From contig OZ239628.1 in NCBI GenBank assembly GCA_965195345.1, positions 1,641,334-1,705,333 of the forward strand: a stretch of 64,000 nt of DNA, written 5' to 3'. Within the stretch, counting starts at the first letter, position 1. Every line of letters begins with the position of its first letter. The position numbers and the translations under genes are program-made. Positions 60,581 to 64,000 of the stretch are shown one piece after another. The notes under the pieces were generated by a model. That model was not told the DNA's origin. It saw only the letters and a list, made by a program, of their open reading frames with translations, and ran no database searches. This stretch comes from an uncultured Thiomicrospira sp. (GTDB taxonomy: Bacteria > Pseudomonadota > Gammaproteobacteria > CAKMZV01).

Positions 60581-61104
60581 AACCTCTATATTTTTTGGCT
60601 ATACTTCCATTGGTCCTCACTATCGTTTGGCAGTGGCAAAACGATGATATCGAACAGAAGAGAGAACCAAAAAGCCAAGGAAACTTCAACATTGATGGGA
60701 TGACTTCATGGCGTTTCTCCAGTCAATCAAAAACGATAATCCGCAGCATTCACGCTGAATATAATGCGCACACAAGCCAGTTGCATCTAAAATATCCTGT
60801 AATGCAGAATTACCGCAAAGGGCAATCTTCAATTGAAGCACGCTCAAATCGTGGCATATACCATGAGGCAAATAGTAATCTTGCATTAAATGACAATATA
60901 CATATCTTCATAAAAACATCCAGCACTCAAATCTATACCGATCAACTGTCAATTAATTTTTCGAATGATATTGCGACCTCTTCTGAATCCGTCAAAATAA
61001 TCGGAAAAAACTTTCAATTGGAGGGCACTGGCGTTGAATTCAAACTGGAAAATTATGATTTAAATTTACTAGCTAATGTGCGAACACGCATTGATTCTGA
61101 ATAA
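60577..61104 (+). CDS. lptC: LPS export system protein LptC (probable)
   Basis: 175 aa with a single N-terminal TM anchor and a beta-jellyroll-like periplasmic domain, immediately upstream of lptA-lptB. Confidence 0.55.
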   Translation: MKPLYFLAILPLVLTIVWQWQNDDIEQKREPKSQGNFNIDGMTSWRFSSQSKTIIRSIHAEYNAHTSQLHLKYPVMQNYRKGQSSIEARSNRGIYHEANSNLALNDNIHIFIKTSSTQIYTDQLSINFSNDIATSSESVKIIGKNFQLEGTGVEFKLENYDLNLLANVRTRIDSE

Positions 61105-61108
61105 TCGC

Positions 61109-61588
61109 ATGAAAAAAAAATCAATTCACATACTCTATTTTTTATTGCTTGTATGGGCATGTCCTCTTCTTGCTGATACGAGCAAAACCATATACATCGA
61201 AGCAGACAATTTGAAAGCTTTTAATGAAGGGGCACTTTCTATCTATTCTGGTAATGTTGTAATAACAAGAGGATTTACAAAAATTCAAGCTGAAAAAGTT
61301 GAATTACAACGTATCAAAGATGCTGTAACCAAATTGACCGCTTGGGGGGAACCTGTATTATTTAATAATAACGATCCGCTTGAACTAATCAATGCCAGCT
61401 CTACTGTTATGATCTGGGAAAACGATAGTGGATGGCTCACTCTGACAGGAAATGCCAGTTTAACGCAACAAGGAAATCAAATAAAAGGGGAAAAAATTCT
61501 CTATAACATAAAGAGTAAACAACTTAACGCTGAAGGAGGAAAAAAACGTGTTAAATTGCGTATTATTCCTGATGTGACCGAAGAGTAG
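61109..61588 (+). CDS. lptA: LPS export periplasmic protein LptA (OstA-like)
   Basis: Signal peptide, IYIEADN, and GNA…Q…I.GEKILYN, the same architecture as E. coli LptA. The likely start is MKKKSIHILYF at 61109. Confidence 0.7.
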   Translation: MKKKSIHILYFLLLVWACPLLADTSKTIYIEADNLKAFNEGALSIYSGNVVITRGFTKIQAEKVELQRIKDAVTKLTAWGEPVLFNNNDPLELINASSTVMIWENDSGWLTLTGNASLTQQGNQIKGEKILYNIKSKQLNAEGGKKRVKLRIIPDVTEE

Positions 61589-61598
61589 TTGAAACCAA

Positions 61599-62327
61599 AT
61601 GGAAAAAAATACTCTGAAAATATCGGCACTTTCCAAAGCTTGGCGCAAGCGAAAAGTTGTTGATGAAGTGTCGTTGGAAGCGCAAAGTGGGGAAATAACT
61701 TGCTTGCTTGGCCCTAACGGTGCTGGCAAAACAACCACTTTCTACATGATCTGCGGGCTCATTCAACCTGATTCAGGGCAAATTTATTTCAATGACCATA
61801 ACATATCAAACCTACCAATGCACAAACGAGCACAGATGGGTATTGGTTATTTGCCTCAAGAGGCATCTGTTTTTCGCGGATTAAGCGTACTAAATAATAT
61901 AAAGGCTGTCCTCGAGTTAAAGTCGCACAATAACAAGGAGTGTACTTTTAAAGCAGAGCAATTTATCGAAGAGTTTTCCTTACAGCACGTTCGCAACACT
62001 TTGGGTTCAGAGCTTTCTGGTGGAGAGCGCAGACGCTGTGAAATTGCACGTGCACTAGCGGTTGACCCATTATTTATTTTATTGGATGAACCTTTTGCAG
62101 GTGTGGATCCAATTTCAATTGGAGATACTAAAGGACTGATCAAGAAAGTAGCTCAACGTAATATAGGCGTCATCATTACTGACCATAATGTGAGGGAAAC
62201 CCTTGCCTTAAGTGATGTGGCTTTTATTATGGCAAATGGAAAGCTTATTGCATCAGGCACTCCTGATGAAATAGTCAATCATCAACAAGTGCGCAAGGCA
62301 TACCTTGGCGACGATTTTAATTTTTGA
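61599..62327 (+). CDS. lptB: LPS export ABC transporter ATP-binding protein LptB
   Basis: 242 aa with Walker A GPNGAGKTT, signature LSGGERRR and Walker B ILLDEP; position after lptA. Confidence 0.9.
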   Translation: MEKNTLKISALSKAWRKRKVVDEVSLEAQSGEITCLLGPNGAGKTTTFYMICGLIQPDSGQIYFNDHNISNLPMHKRAQMGIGYLPQEASVFRGLSVLNNIKAVLELKSHNNKECTFKAEQFIEEFSLQHVRNTLGSELSGGERRRCEIARALAVDPLFILLDEPFAGVDPISIGDTKGLIKKVAQRNIGVIITDHNVRETLALSDVAFIMANGKLIASGTPDEIVNHQQVRKAYLGDDFNF

Positions 62328-62345
62328 TCAACTCTTTCTCTACTT

Positions 62346-64000
62346 ATGTTTTTTGAACGATTTCTTAAAAACCACGTATTAGCAAATTTATTTTTTATCT
62401 TAGTATTGACAATCGGTTTTTTAAGCTATGCTTCTCTGCCTCGTCAGCAAGACCCTAGCATAAACTTTAATTGGATAAACATCTCTACCGTATTGCCAGG
62501 CGCTTCTGCTGAAATTATTGAACAAAAAGTTACTCAAATTCTTGAAGAAGGACTTGAAACAGTCAAAGATATTAAATTTGTATCCAGTATTAGCCGCCAG
62601 AATATTTCTTCAATACTGATCCGATTTAACGACATCGATGCTTCAACATTTGAAAAACGCATTCAAGATATTCGAAGAACTCTTCAAAACAAACGTTCGG
62701 AATTACCTTCAGACGCAACCGAACCAGATGTATTCGAAGTAACAAGCTCAAATGCCTTTCCTTCTGCAACGGTTATTGTTACTGCCGACAACAATGATGA
62801 ATCGTTACGATTGGCGGCAAAACAGCTGCGGCGTGAAATAAGTCGACTAAAAAGAGTTGATAGAGTTAATCCGACAGGACTTTCTGACCCTCAAATCAAC
62901 ATTGAATTCGATCCCGATCAGTTGCAAAAATACGAGTTAAATGTCACGGAAATCGCCACTTCCTTACAACAGGCAATGCAAGATGTTTCTGCAGGAGATA
63001 TCAACTTGCAAAAAAGTTCTTGGTTAGTCACGTTAAAAGGACCAACTACTAATTTAGAAGAAATCGCTAACATTCCAATACAAACGACTCAAGGAGAAAT
63101 TCCTTTATCACTAATTGCATCAGCCTCACGTGGGCGTAGCGATCCAGGATCCATTGTATCTTTCAAAGGAAAACCTGGAATCATGCTTGCAGTAACGAAA
63201 AAAGATAACTCTAACACCTTACTCTTGGTTGACGAAGTGAAAGAATTGCTGCGTAAAAGGAATGCATTAAGCAATAATGAAATCCACTACCATCTTGCAG
63301 ACGATCAGACTCAACTCACTTTAGATGCCATATCTGTAATGGAGAATAACTTCCTTATTGGACTCGTTATGGTGTTGATTGTAACGGGATTGTTTTTGGG
63401 TGGCAAAGTCGCTTTAATGACCACATTAGGCATTCCATTTACTGTAGCTGGAACGTTCTGGGCACTGAGTGTCTTGGGGTTTACGTTGAACACCTCCGTG
63501 CTACTAGCCATTGTCATCGCCTTAGGGATGCTCGTAGATGATGCGGTGGTTGTAGTCGAATCCATCTATTCACGCTTACGTAAAAACCAATCACCTATTA
63601 AGGCGACTATTGACGGCATTTCTGAAGTGATTGCTCCTGTCACCACCTCCGTTTTAACAACTATTGCTGCTTTTTTACCGCTCATGCTATTACCTGGCAT
63701 ACTTGGTAAGTTCTTATTAGTCGTTCCATTGGTTGTTACCCTTGCTCTCTTAATCTCATTGATTGAAGCTTATTGGTTATTGCCTGCCCACGTCACCATG
63801 ATGAAGCTTAATTTAAATAAGCCAAACCGTATTGGACGCATGCGCAATGCGTTTTTAAAAAAAATACAAACCTCCTATAGTAAAGCACTAATTAAATTCA
63901 TGCGTTTTCCTAAAACAGTTTTGCTTTTTGTAACACTTTTGTTATTTGGATCGGGCGCTTCATTAGCGATGGGATACATCAAATTGGACTTTTTTGCCAG
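62346..64000 (+). CDS. RND-family efflux transporter inner-membrane pump (AcrB/HAE1-like), 3'-partial (runs off window)
   Basis: ATG at 62346 (MFFERFLKNHVLANLFFILVL…). The first 551 codons have TM1, a large periplasmic porter loop and TM2-6 (…GMLVDDAVVVVES…), and no stop before the window end. It is not in the supplied ORF track because it is unterminated. Confidence 0.85.
   Translation, partial: MFFERFLKNHVLANLFFILVLTIGFLSYASLPRQQDPSINFNWINISTVLPGASAEIIEQKVTQILEEGLETVKDIKFVSSISRQNISSILIRFNDIDASTFEKRIQDIRRTLQNKRSELPSDATEPDVFEVTSSNAFPSATVIVTADNNDESLRLAAKQLRREISRLKRVDRVNPTGLSDPQINIEFDPDQLQKYELNVTEIATSLQQAMQDVSAGDINLQKSSWLVTLKGPTTNLEEIANIPIQTTQGEIPLSLIASASRGRSDPGSIVSFKGKPGIMLAVTKKDNSNTLLLVDEVKELLRKRNALSNNEIHYHLADDQTQLTLDAISVMENNFLIGLVMVLIVTGLFLGGKVALMTTLGIPFTVAGTFWALSVLGFTLNTSVLLAIVIALGMLVDDAVVVVESIYSRLRKNQSPIKATIDGISEVIAPVTTSVLTTIAAFLPLMLLPGILGKFLLVVPLVVTLALLISLIEAYWLLPAHVTMMKLNLNKPNRIGRMRNAFLKKIQTSYSKALIKFMRFPKTVLLFVTLLLFGSGASLAMGYIKLDFFA

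Noticed and set aside
1-64000. Search for CRISPR arrays, toxin-antitoxin pairs, restriction-modification or other defence islands
   Set aside because: No array-like direct repeats and no small paired ORFs with TA-like features. No methyltransferase or nuclease ORFs beyond the tRNA/rRNA-modifying TrmA. Every large ORF is accounted for by a housekeeping assignment or the few unknowns listed in the findings.

Overview
This 64 kb window is a gene-dense, AT-rich (roughly under 40% GC by eye) stretch of gammaproteobacterial chromosome. Almost all of it is core housekeeping, with about 63 CDS, two tRNAs, and no rRNA, CRISPR array, integrase, transposase or phage gene. The gene content suggests a Legionellales-like or otherwise host-associated gammaproteobacterium, but the organism cannot be identified from the sequence alone.

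The recognisable genes, in order, are:
- secD (5'-truncated by the window edge), secF, a FolE2-type GTP cyclohydrolase and sufE;
- a two-gene lipoprotein plus FadL-like outer-membrane module;
- on the minus strand: purL, a tiny lipoprotein, dapA, radA, a small secreted Cys-rich protein and trmA;
- nnr, ispA, pilD, map and glnD;
- a GFA-family protein and a HAD hydrolase;
- fba, immediately followed by a peptidoglycan-remodelling cluster (M14 peptidase, secreted NTF2-like protein, YkuD transpeptidase fused to a second NTF2-like domain, ampD);
- secG, tRNA-Leu(GAG), rpoD, an erpA/iscA-family gene, tRNA-Phe(GAA) and an isolated mraY;
- DAHP synthase, an OlsF-like fused O-/N-acyltransferase, DUF484, an orphan hslV with no hslU, pyrE and a DUF457 membrane hydrolase;
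- lolC/E-lolD, rpoH, argC, priA, DUF502 and aspS;
- on the minus strand: kdsD/kpsF, cpoB, pal, tolB, tolA, tolR, tolQ, ybgC, ruvB, ruvA, ruvC, yebC, nadA and a TPR lipoprotein;
- ribH, nusB, lptC, lptA, lptB, and the 5' part of an RND efflux pump.

I found no obvious defence or mobile system. The most interesting candidates are:
1. the lipoprotein/FadL-like pair inserted between sufE and purL;
2. the fba-linked cell-wall cluster with a duplicated NTF2-like domain;
3. the OlsF-like bifunctional acyltransferase;
4. an orphan CodW-like hslV;
5. several breaks of otherwise near-universal synteny (mraY outside dcw, lptB not followed by rpoN, rpoH translationally coupled to lolD).

Several supplied ORF starts are over-extended (trmA, sufE, aroG, lolD, nusB, lptA) and secD runs off the 5' window edge.
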